From an uncultured Chlamydiae bacterium (GTDB taxonomy: Bacteria; Chlamydiota; Chlamydiia; Chlamydiales; JAJFMB01): a DNA stretch of 64,000 bases. The stretch spans positions 480,001 through 544,000 of the forward strand of contig CAVOJR010000001.1 in NCBI GenBank assembly GCA_963696295.1, in the 5' to 3' direction. The position numbers and the translations under genes are program-made. Below the pieces are notes generated by a model. It saw only the letters and a program-made list of their open reading frames with translations. It was not told the origin of the DNA and ran no database searches. Of this stretch, positions 37,199 through 47,055 are shown piece after piece; the first letter of the stretch is position 1; each line of letters begins with the position of its first letter.

Positions 37199-37609
37199 TT
37201 ATTTATTTAAAGCAAGCCAATCAATACTCCATTTCCCAGCCCCAAAGGTGATCACATAAAGCAAACCGCCTAGAATATTGACATTTTTCAAAAATTGAAT
37301 CGTCTGCAATTGCACTTCTGCCGGCAGAGCCTTCCAAAAATCATGAAAAATAAAGGTGGTGGGAATCAGGTAGAAAAAGAGCACCATGGCGCCAACGCGG
37401 GCATAATAGCCGATCAAAATGGACAATCCCCCCAGAATTTCAATGATCAAAGCGCACACCAGAAAAAAGGGGGCAAATGTTATCCCTTTGGAGACCATCT
37501 CCTGCGCCGTATCGTTAAAGAAAACGATTTTTCCTATACCGGCCCACAAAAAAATGGCGCTGATAAAAATGCGGCCTACCAACAATATAAATGCAAAAAA
37601 CGATTTCAC
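37199..37609 (-). CDS. DoxX family membrane protein (tandem paralog)
   Basis: GRIFISAIFLWAG, FHDFW, FLKN..GGLL..GAGKWSID. Confidence 0.88.
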   Translation of the reverse strand: MKSFFAFILLVGRIFISAIFLWAGIGKIVFFNDTAQEMVSKGITFAPFFLVCALIIEILGGLSILIGYYARVGAMVLFFYLIPTTFIFHDFWKALPAEVQLQTIQFLKNVNILGGLLYVITFGAGKWSIDWLALNK

Positions 37610-37705
37610 ATCTCCTCCAAGGGCAAAACGTATACTTACAATTTTAATTTACACTGTCAATAGAAATCATTCGAATTTTAAGCTGGAAACAGTTATACTT
37701 ACTGG

Positions 37706-38821
37706 ATGGAAAAATTACCTTTTAGAAAATTTCACCTTCTCGAATTATTAAACGACTACGATACGAGGCAGTTGCCGCTCGATCTTATCGTTCATGATTA
37801 TTTCAGAACCCATAAAGCACTGGGAGCAAAAGACCGGGCCGAGATCGCCAGCATCTTATTTCCCCTCATGCGCTGGAAAGGACTGATCGACGCTCTTTGC
37901 GAAAAGCCCGTAACCTGGCAAAAACGGATTGATACATTTGAACATCTGAACAAAAGCCAAATCGATCTGCTGCCAATGCATACCCAAGTCAGCTTTCCTA
38001 AAGAGCTGTTCGATCAAATCGTTGCCAGCCATGGCCTGGAAAAAGCCATAGAGATCTGCAAGACGAGCAATAATGAAGCGCCGCTCACCATCCGCATCAA
38101 TCCGCTGAAAACCACGAGAGAAGAGCTGCTTAAGAAATGGGAAGAGGTGACACCTTGCCAATTCTCCCCTTATGGGATTCAATTTCAAAACCGCTGCAAC
38201 CTCTTCCAGTTAGAGGAGTTCAGACAGGGTCTTTTCGAGATGCAGGATGAAGGCAGCCAGCTGCTTGCCGGGCTCATTCAAGCCAAACCCGGCGATCTGG
38301 TTTTAGATTTTTGCGCCGGTTCCGGGGGAAAAACCCTGGCTTTTGCCCCCGCGATGCAAAACAAAGGGCAAATCTATCTCCACGACATCCGCCCCCACAT
38401 ACTGCTTGAAGCGAAAAAGCGGCTGAAAAGAGCCGGCATACAAAACGCTCAAATCGTCCTAGCCAAAGAAGAAAGGCTTAAAAAATTAAAGAAGAAGATG
38501 AATTGGGTTTTGGTCGATGCGCCCTGCACCGGAAGCGGAACTTTGCGCCGCAATCCCGATCTGAAGTGGAAATACAGCGACGAAATGCTCAACCGCCTGA
38601 CTGGCCAGCAGCGCACCATTTTTGAGCAGGCGCTAAGCTTTCTGCACCCTCAAGGCAAAATCGTCTATGCCACCTGCAGCCTCCTCCAGGCGGAAAATCA
38701 AGCGCAGGCAGAGCACTTTTGCCGCACCTACAACCTGAAAATCGAGGGAGACATTTTCACCAGTCTCCCGACCGACAAAGGGATGGACGGTTTCTACGGA
38801 GTGGTTCTTTCACGGATTTAA
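37706..38821 (+). CDS. rsmB: RsmB/NOP (Fmu/Sun) rRNA m5C methyltransferase
   Basis: QDEGSQ, DFCAGSGGKT, DAPCTGSG, YATCS. Confidence 0.85.
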   Translation: MEKLPFRKFHLLELLNDYDTRQLPLDLIVHDYFRTHKALGAKDRAEIASILFPLMRWKGLIDALCEKPVTWQKRIDTFEHLNKSQIDLLPMHTQVSFPKELFDQIVASHGLEKAIEICKTSNNEAPLTIRINPLKTTREELLKKWEEVTPCQFSPYGIQFQNRCNLFQLEEFRQGLFEMQDEGSQLLAGLIQAKPGDLVLDFCAGSGGKTLAFAPAMQNKGQIYLHDIRPHILLEAKKRLKRAGIQNAQIVLAKEERLKKLKKKMNWVLVDAPCTGSGTLRRNPDLKWKYSDEMLNRLTGQQRTIFEQALSFLHPQGKIVYATCSLLQAENQAQAEHFCRTYNLKIEGDIFTSLPTDKGMDGFYGVVLSRI

Positions 38822-38822
38822 A

Positions 38823-38979
38823 GGCTATTGATTTATTTTGGCCACTTGGTATTTCGAACCGAGACCAAGGAATCGCAAAACTTGAGGAGTTCATAGCTTT
38901 AGCTATGGACGACGAACAAGATTTGCGAGGCCGCCGGTCGCAGGGCGATAGACCACTGGACGAAATAAAACCAATAGCC
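38823..38979. mobile_element. MITE family A, longer copy (157 bp)
   Basis: Imperfect ~27-bp TIR GGCTATTG.../...CAATAGCC; flanks GATTTAAA / GATTTGAA (7 of 8 match); homologous to 7756-8010. Confidence 0.85.
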
Positions 38980-39046
38980 GATTTGAATTGCAATTTATCG
39001 AAGCTTGATTTAGGATAAGCAGTTTATTGCCTCTATTAAGTGCATC

Positions 39047-40096
39047 ATGAAAAAGATATTTTTTATTATTGTCTGTTTCCTTTCGCTAAACTCTCTTCAA
39101 GCTCAACAAAGCTTCATGTTTGGCGAAGAACCAAAACTGCTGATCAATAACCGCATTCTAGCCAACGTCAACGGCAAACCGATTTCCGCCATAGATGTGA
39201 TGAAGAAGATGGATGTGCTCTTCTACCGGCAATTTCCCGAATACCGAAACTCGACCCAGGCGCGGGCCCAATTTTATCAAACGGCCTGGAAAAATACTCT
39301 GCAGCAACTGATCGATAAAGAACTGATCGTAGCCGACGCTCTGGAAACAAAAGTCGAAACCAGCAACGGCGATATCCGCCAGGAAATGGAAACGATGTTC
39401 GGCCCCAATATTATAGGCAATCTGGACAGCATGGGGCTCACTTTTGACGATGCCTGGGATATTATCAAAGATGAGCTGATCATCAAACGGATGCTCTATT
39501 TTCGCGTGAATAGCCGTGCCGTCAAAAGCGTCACGCCGCAATTCATACATGAAAAGTATGAAGAATTTGCCAAAAATAATCCGCGGCAAAGCGAATGGCA
39601 CTACAAAGTTATTTCCGCTCAGGACAAAGACTCCGAAAAATCCGCCAAGGCTGCGCAGCATATCTACACCCTTTTGACAGAAGAGAAAATTCCCTTCAGC
39701 GAACTCGTTGAGACTTTGCAGCAAAGAGGATTGGTAGAGGAGTCGACGCGCGTGACGATCTCCAGCGACTATTCGGTTTCGGAAAAAGAGATTTCCGACA
39801 CCCATAAAGAAATATTGGCCTCTCTTGAGCCAAACACCTTCACGGAACCGGTAGCTCAAAAAACCCGCGCCGACAACTCCCTCATTTATCGCATTTTCTA
39901 TCTGAACGATCGAGTGGTAGGCGGTATTGTCCCTTTCCAGGATATCGAACAAAAACTCATCAACCAGCTGACTGATGTCGCCATAGGAAAAGAAACGGAA
40001 ACCTATTTAAAGAAACTCCGCCACCATTTCCGCGTTGAGGAAGATGATTTGAAAGACATGATCCCAAGTGACTTTCAACCTTTTGTGATGAAATGA
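39047..40096 (+). CDS. SurA-like periplasmic chaperone
   Basis: Signal peptide, NRILANVNGKPIS, LQQLIDKELI; precedes rsmA. Confidence 0.7.
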   Translation: MKKIFFIIVCFLSLNSLQAQQSFMFGEEPKLLINNRILANVNGKPISAIDVMKKMDVLFYRQFPEYRNSTQARAQFYQTAWKNTLQQLIDKELIVADALETKVETSNGDIRQEMETMFGPNIIGNLDSMGLTFDDAWDIIKDELIIKRMLYFRVNSRAVKSVTPQFIHEKYEEFAKNNPRQSEWHYKVISAQDKDSEKSAKAAQHIYTLLTEEKIPFSELVETLQQRGLVEESTRVTISSDYSVSEKEISDTHKEILASLEPNTFTEPVAQKTRADNSLIYRIFYLNDRVVGGIVPFQDIEQKLINQLTDVAIGKETETYLKKLRHHFRVEEDDLKDMIPSDFQPFVMK

Positions 40097-40932
40097 GCAT
40101 TTACAAGCCAAGTGAATTGATGCAATTTTTGCAAATGCTTGGCATCGGCCCGCAAAAAAGGCTATCCCAAAATTTTCTGCTCGACCGAAATATTATCGAT
40201 AAAATCATAGCGGCTTCGCAAGTCTCGCCAAAGGATTTCGTTTTAGAAATAGGTCCGGGTCCTGGATCTCTCACTGAAGCTTTACTGGAAAAAGAGGCGC
40301 AGGTTTTTGCCGTAGAGAAAGACCCCATCCTTGCCAACGCCTTGAGCCGTTTGCGCGTCGGGGAGCGGACGCTCCATATTTATTGTGAAGACATCCTTAA
40401 GTTTTCGATCGAGAACCTGAAAACCCTTTGGACCGCAAAAGGGAAAATCATCGCCAATTTGCCCTACCACATCACCACTCCCATCATCACAATGCTTCTG
40501 CCAATGAACGATCTTTTTTCCAGCATGACGGTGCTAGTGCAAGAGGAAGTGGCGCGCCGGTTTACCGCGGCTCCCGGTTCTAAGGAATATGGATCGATCA
40601 CGATTTTCTTAAACTTTTACTCCAAACCCTCCTACGCCTTTACTGTGAGTAATAAATGTTTTTATCCCCAGCCGAAAGTTCAGTCGGCGGTGGTGAAATT
40701 TGAACTGCGAAAACCCCCTGCAATTTCAGATCAGGAGGGATTCTTCACTTTAGTGCATACCGGCTTTGAGCAGAGGAGGAAAATGCTGCGCTCCTCCCTG
40801 AAAAAGCTCTACCCGCCCGAGCTGATCACCCAATCTTTGGAAGACTTGAGGTTAAACCCGCAAGCGCGGCCGGAAGAGCTTTCCATTGATGAATTTATCG
40901 CCCTCTTTGAAAAAGTAAAATCTCAAGAATGA
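40093..40932 (+). CDS. rsmA: 16S rRNA dimethyladenosine transferase
   Basis: SQNFL, EIGPGPG, ANLPYHI, QRRKMLR. Confidence 0.96.
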   Translation: MSIYKPSELMQFLQMLGIGPQKRLSQNFLLDRNIIDKIIAASQVSPKDFVLEIGPGPGSLTEALLEKEAQVFAVEKDPILANALSRLRVGERTLHIYCEDILKFSIENLKTLWTAKGKIIANLPYHITTPIITMLLPMNDLFSSMTVLVQEEVARRFTAAPGSKEYGSITIFLNFYSKPSYAFTVSNKCFYPQPKVQSAVVKFELRKPPAISDQEGFFTLVHTGFEQRRKMLRSSLKKLYPPELITQSLEDLRLNPQARPEELSIDEFIALFEKVKSQE

Positions 40933-40937
40933 ACACT

Positions 40938-42188
40938 TTACCGCCTTTGAAAAAGCAGGTAAAGCAAAAACATCAAGCCTAGAGTGAGTGCGGCAAACAA
41001 TGCCGGATTTAAGCGGGTTTGCTTCAGCCTAAAACTCAACGTCGGCTTCACTTCCTCTATCGCGAGCAAAGGTTCCCTGCTGATCTCCCGCCCGTCAGGA
41101 TGGCATAATTTGATATGACCGACTACTTGATCCTTAGCCACAGGAACCGACAGATTGGGTTCCCAGCTCAAGAGACATTTCACTTGAGGCTCTTCGGCCG
41201 GGTAAAAATCTAAACTGATGTCTTTTTCCGTGAAGGACCGGATCGCACGGGCGGCTCCGGTCAAGTTCAATTGCTGTTTTTGCGGGCCTTTGGGGATATA
41301 GACTTTCTTAACTTTTGGCTGCTGAAACGCCGCCTCGAAAAGTTTATTGGAATCTTTAAAAATTTCCTCGCGCCGCCCTTTGGATTTTAAAAGCACGGCA
41401 ATCAAAGTGCGTCCATCCCTCTCGGCAGCGGCCACAAAAGTATGGGCGGCATTTGAGATATAGCCCGTTTTGACGCCGATAGCATCGGGATTGAAAAAAG
41501 GCCCCTTCTTAAGCAGCTTGTTGCTTTGCGAGAGAGTCGTCGCTTCCTGCATATTCGTTTTTGGCCGCTCATATTTGACCGATTTCACAATCTCGCGAAA
41601 GATGGGATTTTTTAAACCCTCCTTCGTGATCAGGGCCATATCATAGGCAGAGCTTTGCTGATCCGGGTGGTGCAGACCATGGGGATTGCAAAAAGTCGAG
41701 TTCCGGCAGCCGAGCGTTTTTATAAAGGCATTCAATCCCTGCATAAAAGCCGGCACCGTACCGCCCACATGATGGGCAATCACATTGGCTGCGTCGTTCC
41801 CGGAAGCGAGCATCATCCCATACAGCAAGTCTTTCAGAGTCAGCTCCTCCCCCTTTTTGATCCCGATATGTGTCCCCCCCGGTTCCAGCCAATGGGCCGG
41901 CAGCGTATATTGCGCCTTCTTTTTAGCCGCTCCCGTGACGGAAGAGACGCAATCGGCGGGCGCAGCCACTTTGACATCCAGATCGCCTGCCCTGCTCAAG
42001 GCATAAACAGCTGTGGCTATTTTGGTTATGCTGGCCGGGTGGTAGCTTTGATAGGCGTTTTTTTCAAACAGGATAGCCCCCGTATCGGCATTCATTAAGA
42101 TGGCTGCCTCGGCGTTGACAGAAACATCTAATGGAGAAGCCCTTAAGAAATGGGAACAGAAGATAGCCAAAAGGAAGATCACTTTCAT
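40938..42188 (-). CDS. dac: D-alanyl-D-alanine carboxypeptidase (peptidase S11)
   Basis: PASITK, SGN, KTG; signal peptide and C-terminal TM. Confidence 0.92.
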   Translation of the reverse strand: MKVIFLLAIFCSHFLRASPLDVSVNAEAAILMNADTGAILFEKNAYQSYHPASITKIATAVYALSRAGDLDVKVAAPADCVSSVTGAAKKKAQYTLPAHWLEPGGTHIGIKKGEELTLKDLLYGMMLASGNDAANVIAHHVGGTVPAFMQGLNAFIKTLGCRNSTFCNPHGLHHPDQQSSAYDMALITKEGLKNPIFREIVKSVKYERPKTNMQEATTLSQSNKLLKKGPFFNPDAIGVKTGYISNAAHTFVAAAERDGRTLIAVLLKSKGRREEIFKDSNKLFEAAFQQPKVKKVYIPKGPQKQQLNLTGAARAIRSFTEKDISLDFYPAEEPQVKCLLSWEPNLSVPVAKDQVVGHIKLCHPDGREISREPLLAIEEVKPTLSFRLKQTRLNPALFAALTLGLMFLLYLLFQRR

Positions 42189-42370
42189 GCGTCTAATTTA
42201 CATGAAAAACCCTTCAAGAAACAATGAAAAATCGATCCAGTTTTTTTACGCCTTTAGCCCCCAGTCATTTAAAAAATCCCCTTCTTTGGCCCGGAAATTG
42301 CATAAATATTTGGTACGACCAAAAAAAATCCGTATTATGGTATAATATAGATGTATAACTAAGGTTTATT

Positions 42371-42805
42371 ATGATAGATGAAGATTTATTAGATCTTTAT
42401 TATTTTACATTTTCTAATAATATTAATCGCTGGTTGCCTGAAGGTTTTACCGAAATCGATTTATCGTTGTTGCATAAGTATAACCTGTTGGATTTTGATG
42501 AAGAAGGCGCTCCTGCGAAAAATATCTCCCATTTTTTTCATATGATCGAGTCGGAAGAGAAGCTGACCTTATTCAATGAGCAATTTATCATATGGATCGT
42601 TCCCGACAATAATGAGGAGTTTCCCTCCACCTATACCCTTATAGCGATCAGGCAGGGAGACAAAGTGCACCTGGAGGTCGGCTTTAGAACGAGAGGCGTC
42701 TACAATACTTCCCATTTTCTACTGAATTTCCTGGAGCATTTTCTCGATGAAATCAAAGAGAACGAAGAGACTTTAGAGCGTCTCATGCCCAAAAAGAGCA
42801 TTTGA
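42371..42805 (+). CDS. Hypothetical protein, probably conserved in Chlamydiae
   Basis: 144-aa ORF divergent from dac. Confidence 0.75.
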   Translation: MIDEDLLDLYYFTFSNNINRWLPEGFTEIDLSLLHKYNLLDFDEEGAPAKNISHFFHMIESEEKLTLFNEQFIIWIVPDNNEEFPSTYTLIAIRQGDKVHLEVGFRTRGVYNTSHFLLNFLEHFLDEIKENEETLERLMPKKSI

Positions 42806-42809
42806 TGCC

Positions 42810-43874
42810 TCACCAAATGATACCGGCCTCAATGCAGTTAATGCCGCTTCCAAAAGCAACCAGCATGATTTTATCTCCACTTTTAAGCTTTTTTTCCCGG
42901 TCAGCTAACACAAGTGAAGTAGGAAGGGCGCATGACACCATATTGCCAAACTTCTCATAAATGATATACTCTTTTAGCGGATCAATATTCCTCTGGCTAT
43001 AGAACTCTTTACATCGGTTCCCTTTCTTGCCTACTTGATGGGCTATAATATGATCGATTTGACTATCTTCCCACTCAACCAGTTTTATGAATTTAGGATA
43101 ATTAGCTATGAAGATGTCTAGAGCTTTTTTAATCAGTTTAGCCGGTTCTGTTTGCATCAACGCGCCTTGAACTCCTGAACGAATACAAACATCTTCGCTC
43201 CCCTTGCAAAAATCGTGGGACTTAGAGTCGATCTGCGTCAAAGCTCCAATCAGCTTATGGGAGGTTGTCGCGAGACGCTCATGGCAAAGCACGATAGCCA
43301 CAGCGCCGTCTCCTAAAGTAAAGGCGGGAATAAAGCTGAGCAGCTCTTGACGTGTCAGTTTGCGATTTTGAATGATTGCTTTAAGAGTATTCATCACTAC
43401 CCTGGAAACTGTTTCACCGCTAATGAGCAGGCCAGCTTCAATCACTCCGCTGTCAATCAGATTTCCCAACAACAGCATTCCGTCCATTACACCAATACAG
43501 GCGTTAGAGATATCCATGACAAGCGCCTCTTTGGATAAGCCCAGATTACTATGCACTAAACAAGCGGTAGCCGGTTCGAAATAATCCCTTGTAACCGAGC
43601 AATTAAGGACAGCCCCAATTTTATCCCGGGGAAAGGGCAACTGCTCCAAGGCTAAATGACCCGCTTCAGTGGCAACATCACTTGGATTGACAGAGATATC
43701 AAAGAAGTGGCGGGTTTTAATACCTGATAACGTTTCGATGACACCCTTTGGCAAACCTAAACGATGATAGGTCTCAGCCATTTGATCTTCCAATTCTGAA
43801 GTAGATACCCTATCCGGAGGGATGATAGCGGTATATGCCTGAATATGAACATGTTTAAAAAGAAATGCGGGCAT
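42810..43874 (-). CDS. oleA: OleA-like acyl-CoA condensing enzyme (3-oxoacyl-ACP synthase III family)
   Basis: SVTRDYFEPATA (OleA Glu motif), DISNAC (Cys), AHQVG (His), GNM (Asn), FGSGINC; N-terminus F..VHI..TS.ELE..L..TY.RLG. Confidence 0.8.
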   Translation of the reverse strand: MPAFLFKHVHIQAYTAIIPPDRVSTSELEDQMAETYHRLGLPKGVIETLSGIKTRHFFDISVNPSDVATEAGHLALEQLPFPRDKIGAVLNCSVTRDYFEPATACLVHSNLGLSKEALVMDISNACIGVMDGMLLLGNLIDSGVIEAGLLISGETVSRVVMNTLKAIIQNRKLTRQELLSFIPAFTLGDGAVAIVLCHERLATTSHKLIGALTQIDSKSHDFCKGSEDVCIRSGVQGALMQTEPAKLIKKALDIFIANYPKFIKLVEWEDSQIDHIIAHQVGKKGNRCKEFYSQRNIDPLKEYIIYEKFGNMVSCALPTSLVLADREKKLKSGDKIMLVAFGSGINCIEAGIIW

Positions 43875-43966
43875 CGGGACTCATCTCTTGTAAATTGTAA
43901 ACTAAGAAAAGGGGAATTTAGTGGCAAAGGAAATTTATGAAGATATATATGCAGGCTTCATAGGGG

Positions 43967-44980
43967 ATGCATATGAAGAAATTTGTTGTGACCGGTGGAG
44001 GGGGATTTGTCGGTAAAGCCTTATGTAAGGCCTTAAAAAAGCAAGGTCATCAGGTGACTGCCATCGCGAGAGGGGACTATCCGGATCTTCTCCAAATGGG
44101 CGTCCTCCTGGTGAACGTTGATTTGAGTCACCATCCTGAGAAGCTGATTGCGGTTTTCCAGGGAGCCGAAGCCGTTTTCCATACGGCTGCCAAAGTCTCC
44201 CTTTGGGGAGAGGATTACGAAGATTTTTATCGTCACAATGTCTTACCCACTCAAAATGTGCTGGCCGCCTGCCGCCCTGCCGGGGTAAAAAAACTGATCT
44301 TCAACTGTTCCACGAGTGTTGTGTTCGATGGCTCTAATTTGCTAAATGCCGATGAAAGCACTCCCTATCCTAAGGAGTATCGCTCCCTCTATGCAAAGAC
44401 AAAAGCCCTGGCCGAGCAAATGGTGCTTGCCGCCAATAGCGCCGATTTATATACCCTATCTTTGCGGTTCCCTGTAATTTGGGGGCCAGGTGATAAACAT
44501 ACTATTCCGTCAATTTTGAAAAAAACAAAATCCGGGTGCGTCTTCCAGATCGGCAACTGGCAAAATAGACATGACTTAATTTATATCGATGACTGTGTGC
44601 AAGCGAATCTTAAAGCATGCGATGCCCTATCGCATAATCCTTCAGCCAGAGGGAAGGCCTATTTTATTACACAAGGCCGTCCGGTGCATCTGTGGGCTTT
44701 CATAAATAAGGTATTAGAATTTCATAAAACTCCTCCAATAAAAATTCACCTTCCCGTGCCCATAGCCATGGGAATGGCTGCATGCATGGAATGGATTTCA
44801 AAATGCCTGCCAAGTCATCCTGAGCCTCTGCTTTATCGATATCTTGTATCCTCCCTGGCTGCAGAACAATTTTTTAATATTGGAGCTGCGCGGCAAATAT
44901 TGGGCTATGAACCAATATATGTCCTCAACGAATCCTGTTCCAATTTCTCTTCTTTAATGAATGCAAATCCTGATTTATGA
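43967..44980 (+). CDS. oleD: OleD-like 3-beta-HSD / extended SDR reductase
   Basis: VTGGGGFVG, FHTAAK, YAKTK, IWGPGD, GKAYFITQG. Confidence 0.7.
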   Translation: MHMKKFVVTGGGGFVGKALCKALKKQGHQVTAIARGDYPDLLQMGVLLVNVDLSHHPEKLIAVFQGAEAVFHTAAKVSLWGEDYEDFYRHNVLPTQNVLAACRPAGVKKLIFNCSTSVVFDGSNLLNADESTPYPKEYRSLYAKTKALAEQMVLAANSADLYTLSLRFPVIWGPGDKHTIPSILKKTKSGCVFQIGNWQNRHDLIYIDDCVQANLKACDALSHNPSARGKAYFITQGRPVHLWAFINKVLEFHKTPPIKIHLPVPIAMGMAACMEWISKCLPSHPEPLLYRYLVSSLAAEQFFNIGAARQILGYEPIYVLNESCSNFSSLMNANPDL

Positions 44981-45417
44981 CACAAATTATCATTGAAAAA
45001 GAAATAGACAATTCCCTGCCTCTCGTTTGGAATAAAATTGCCGATTTTGAAAATTGGCCCCAATGGTTTTACGGCTTAAGGAGGATAACTCTTAGTTCCG
45101 TTCCGGTGGGAGTAGGAACGGTACGCCAACTGACAACATTGACGGGTCAATCGTATCTGGAAAAAATTGTGTCTTGGGAAGTAAATAAATCCATTTCATT
45201 TATTGTCTTAAATCCTCCTTTTTTTGCTAACTGGTGGAAAGTGACTATTTCTTTAAAGGAAGAGGATAATAGAACCGTTTTATGCTGGTTTGTGGATTAT
45301 AATATGAAATTTGGTGTTTTGGGAAAATTTATTGATGAGATTCTCATCTCCAAAATTATGAAGGCGTTGATTTACCGCAGTTTAAATAAATTTATTCACC
45401 AGCTGTTGTTGATGTAA
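44977..45417 (+). CDS. SRPBCC/START-like (polyketide cyclase) protein
   Basis: VWNKIADFENWPQW, GVGTVR, YLEKIVSWE; ATGA overlap with the SDR gene. Confidence 0.8.
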   Translation: MTQIIIEKEIDNSLPLVWNKIADFENWPQWFYGLRRITLSSVPVGVGTVRQLTTLTGQSYLEKIVSWEVNKSISFIVLNPPFFANWWKVTISLKEEDNRTVLCWFVDYNMKFGVLGKFIDEILISKIMKALIYRSLNKFIHQLLLM

Positions 45418-45944
45418 TCAACGATCTTTTCCGCCAGTTTCTGATAAAGCGGAGTGAGACAGGCGTCGTAGGCCGCGTCAATATCGCCAAGCTGTCCTAA
45501 TGAAAAGATATTAACCCTGTCCCGGCTGGAATAGTAATCGTGATCAAACTCTACGCTCGCGCTGATCACAACCGGCCCGATCAGCTCCATCCCCGAACAG
45601 GTCTCGACTACCACAAGCTCGCACCAAAGGGTGCGGCGGGTCTCCGCAGGAACGATCGTATTGGTCAGCTCATCCTTTTTTCTGACGCGGTCGTATCTAA
45701 AGCCGATATTTTTGTTTTTGCATTTGATCAACTTGACATAGAGCGTTAATTCGCCGCTGCCAGGTTTATACTGCAGAATGCCCGTCTCGCTCACCTTTTT
45801 GACCAGGGCGGCTGTGAGTTGGCCATCCTCATCTCCGCAAGCATAGGGGATGCAGATGGTAGAATATCGCTCATCAAGCCCCCCTTGGCCTACGTGGTAT
45901 TGACAACCCGAGCACAAGAGAAGCAAAAGAAAAATACGCATCAA
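45396..45944 (-). CDS. lptE: LptE-like lipoprotein
   Basis: Lipobox CSGC-QY; follows bamD. Confidence 0.65.
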   Translation of the reverse strand: MMRIFLLLLLCSGCQYHVGQGGLDERYSTICIPYACGDEDGQLTAALVKKVSETGILQYKPGSGELTLYVKLIKCKNKNIGFRYDRVRKKDELTNTIVPAETRRTLWCELVVVETCSGMELIGPVVISASVEFDHDYYSSRDRVNIFSLGQLGDIDAAYDACLTPLYQKLAEKIVDYINNSW

Positions 45945-46990
45945 GTCGTTTTTCTGCCCGAAATATTCTTTACACGCATGTTTCTGAATCTGGGATCGCG
46001 GGGATCAGCCGCAAATCGCCGCAATTTGGCGTCCAGCAACGAAATCCGCTCATCGCACTTTTTTGCCACTTCAGTATCGGGAAATTTTTCTTTGGCGTTC
46101 CGGTAGCAAAATAGGGAGGCATTCCATTTTTCCACCCGCTCATAATACTGTCCCGTTTCGTATAAGCCTTGGGCATAAACCTCTTTAATCTGGTCCACAT
46201 CCGCTTTCATCTCGCTAATGCGAGACTCTCTTGGAAAATCACTCGTGAATTTGCGCAAATTGATCTCGGCAAAGGTGATCAGGTCGGGGTTTTGGAACTC
46301 ATAGCGGCACTGATCCAAAAAAACTTTTGTAACCGCCAAATAGCTTTCAGGAGCCAGTTCGTGCCGGGGAAAACGTTTGATCAGGGTTTGAAAAGTCTCG
46401 ACGCTCTCCCGAAATTCTTTCATTTCTTTGAGAAGCATCCCTTTGGCATATAAAGCCTGGGCGGCATATTCGTGTGAAGGAAGAGCGGCTATCACTTCAT
46501 CGTAAATTTCCACGGCGAGCGCCTTTCCCGTAAATACTTTGGGCAGCCCTTTTACGACCCGCCTTCTTTCTCCGTCTTTCAGCCTTTCCGCAATAGAGAA
46601 TTTATACTCGATAGCCTGCTGGAAATATTTGGGGGTCATAAACATTTTGAGGTAATCGGAAAAAGACTCGTTGGCCATCGCCAAATCATCGAGCATATAG
46701 TAGCAAACCCCGAGATAATAAGCCGCGTCGGCTCCGGATGATTCCGTGGGAAAATTGACTTTTACCACCTGAAAATGTTTCACCGCCTCTTTATACCCCT
46801 GTTTCTCATAAGCCGCCATCGCCGCCTGATAATGTGATTCGCATGTCATCGAGGGCAGATCCTGCAATTTGACCAGATGGCCGTTTTTCACAGAGCTGAC
46901 CAGCTTCTTTGGCGCTTCGCTGATGTTTTCTCCCTGGACCAAATGACAGGAAAGGAAAAGGGCAGAAATAATAATTTTATGGTGTTTCAT
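45941..46990 (-). CDS. bamD: BamD-like TPR outer-membrane assembly protein
   Basis: TPR pattern (AVKHFQ..FP, FQTLIKRFP, GQYYER). Confidence 0.75.
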   Translation of the reverse strand: MKHHKIIISALFLSCHLVQGENISEAPKKLVSSVKNGHLVKLQDLPSMTCESHYQAAMAAYEKQGYKEAVKHFQVVKVNFPTESSGADAAYYLGVCYYMLDDLAMANESFSDYLKMFMTPKYFQQAIEYKFSIAERLKDGERRRVVKGLPKVFTGKALAVEIYDEVIAALPSHEYAAQALYAKGMLLKEMKEFRESVETFQTLIKRFPRHELAPESYLAVTKVFLDQCRYEFQNPDLITFAEINLRKFTSDFPRESRISEMKADVDQIKEVYAQGLYETGQYYERVEKWNASLFCYRNAKEKFPDTEVAKKCDERISLLDAKLRRFAADPRDPRFRNMRVKNISGRKTT

Positions 46991-47055
46991 AGCGTCCTTT
47001 TTTTGTTATCAAATTGTAGAACAAGGAGAACCAATCATGCAAGCTTAAACTCGAC

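Noticed and set aside
36757..37609. Tandem DoxX genes as a novel system
   Set aside because: Common family; simple duplication with no informative partners
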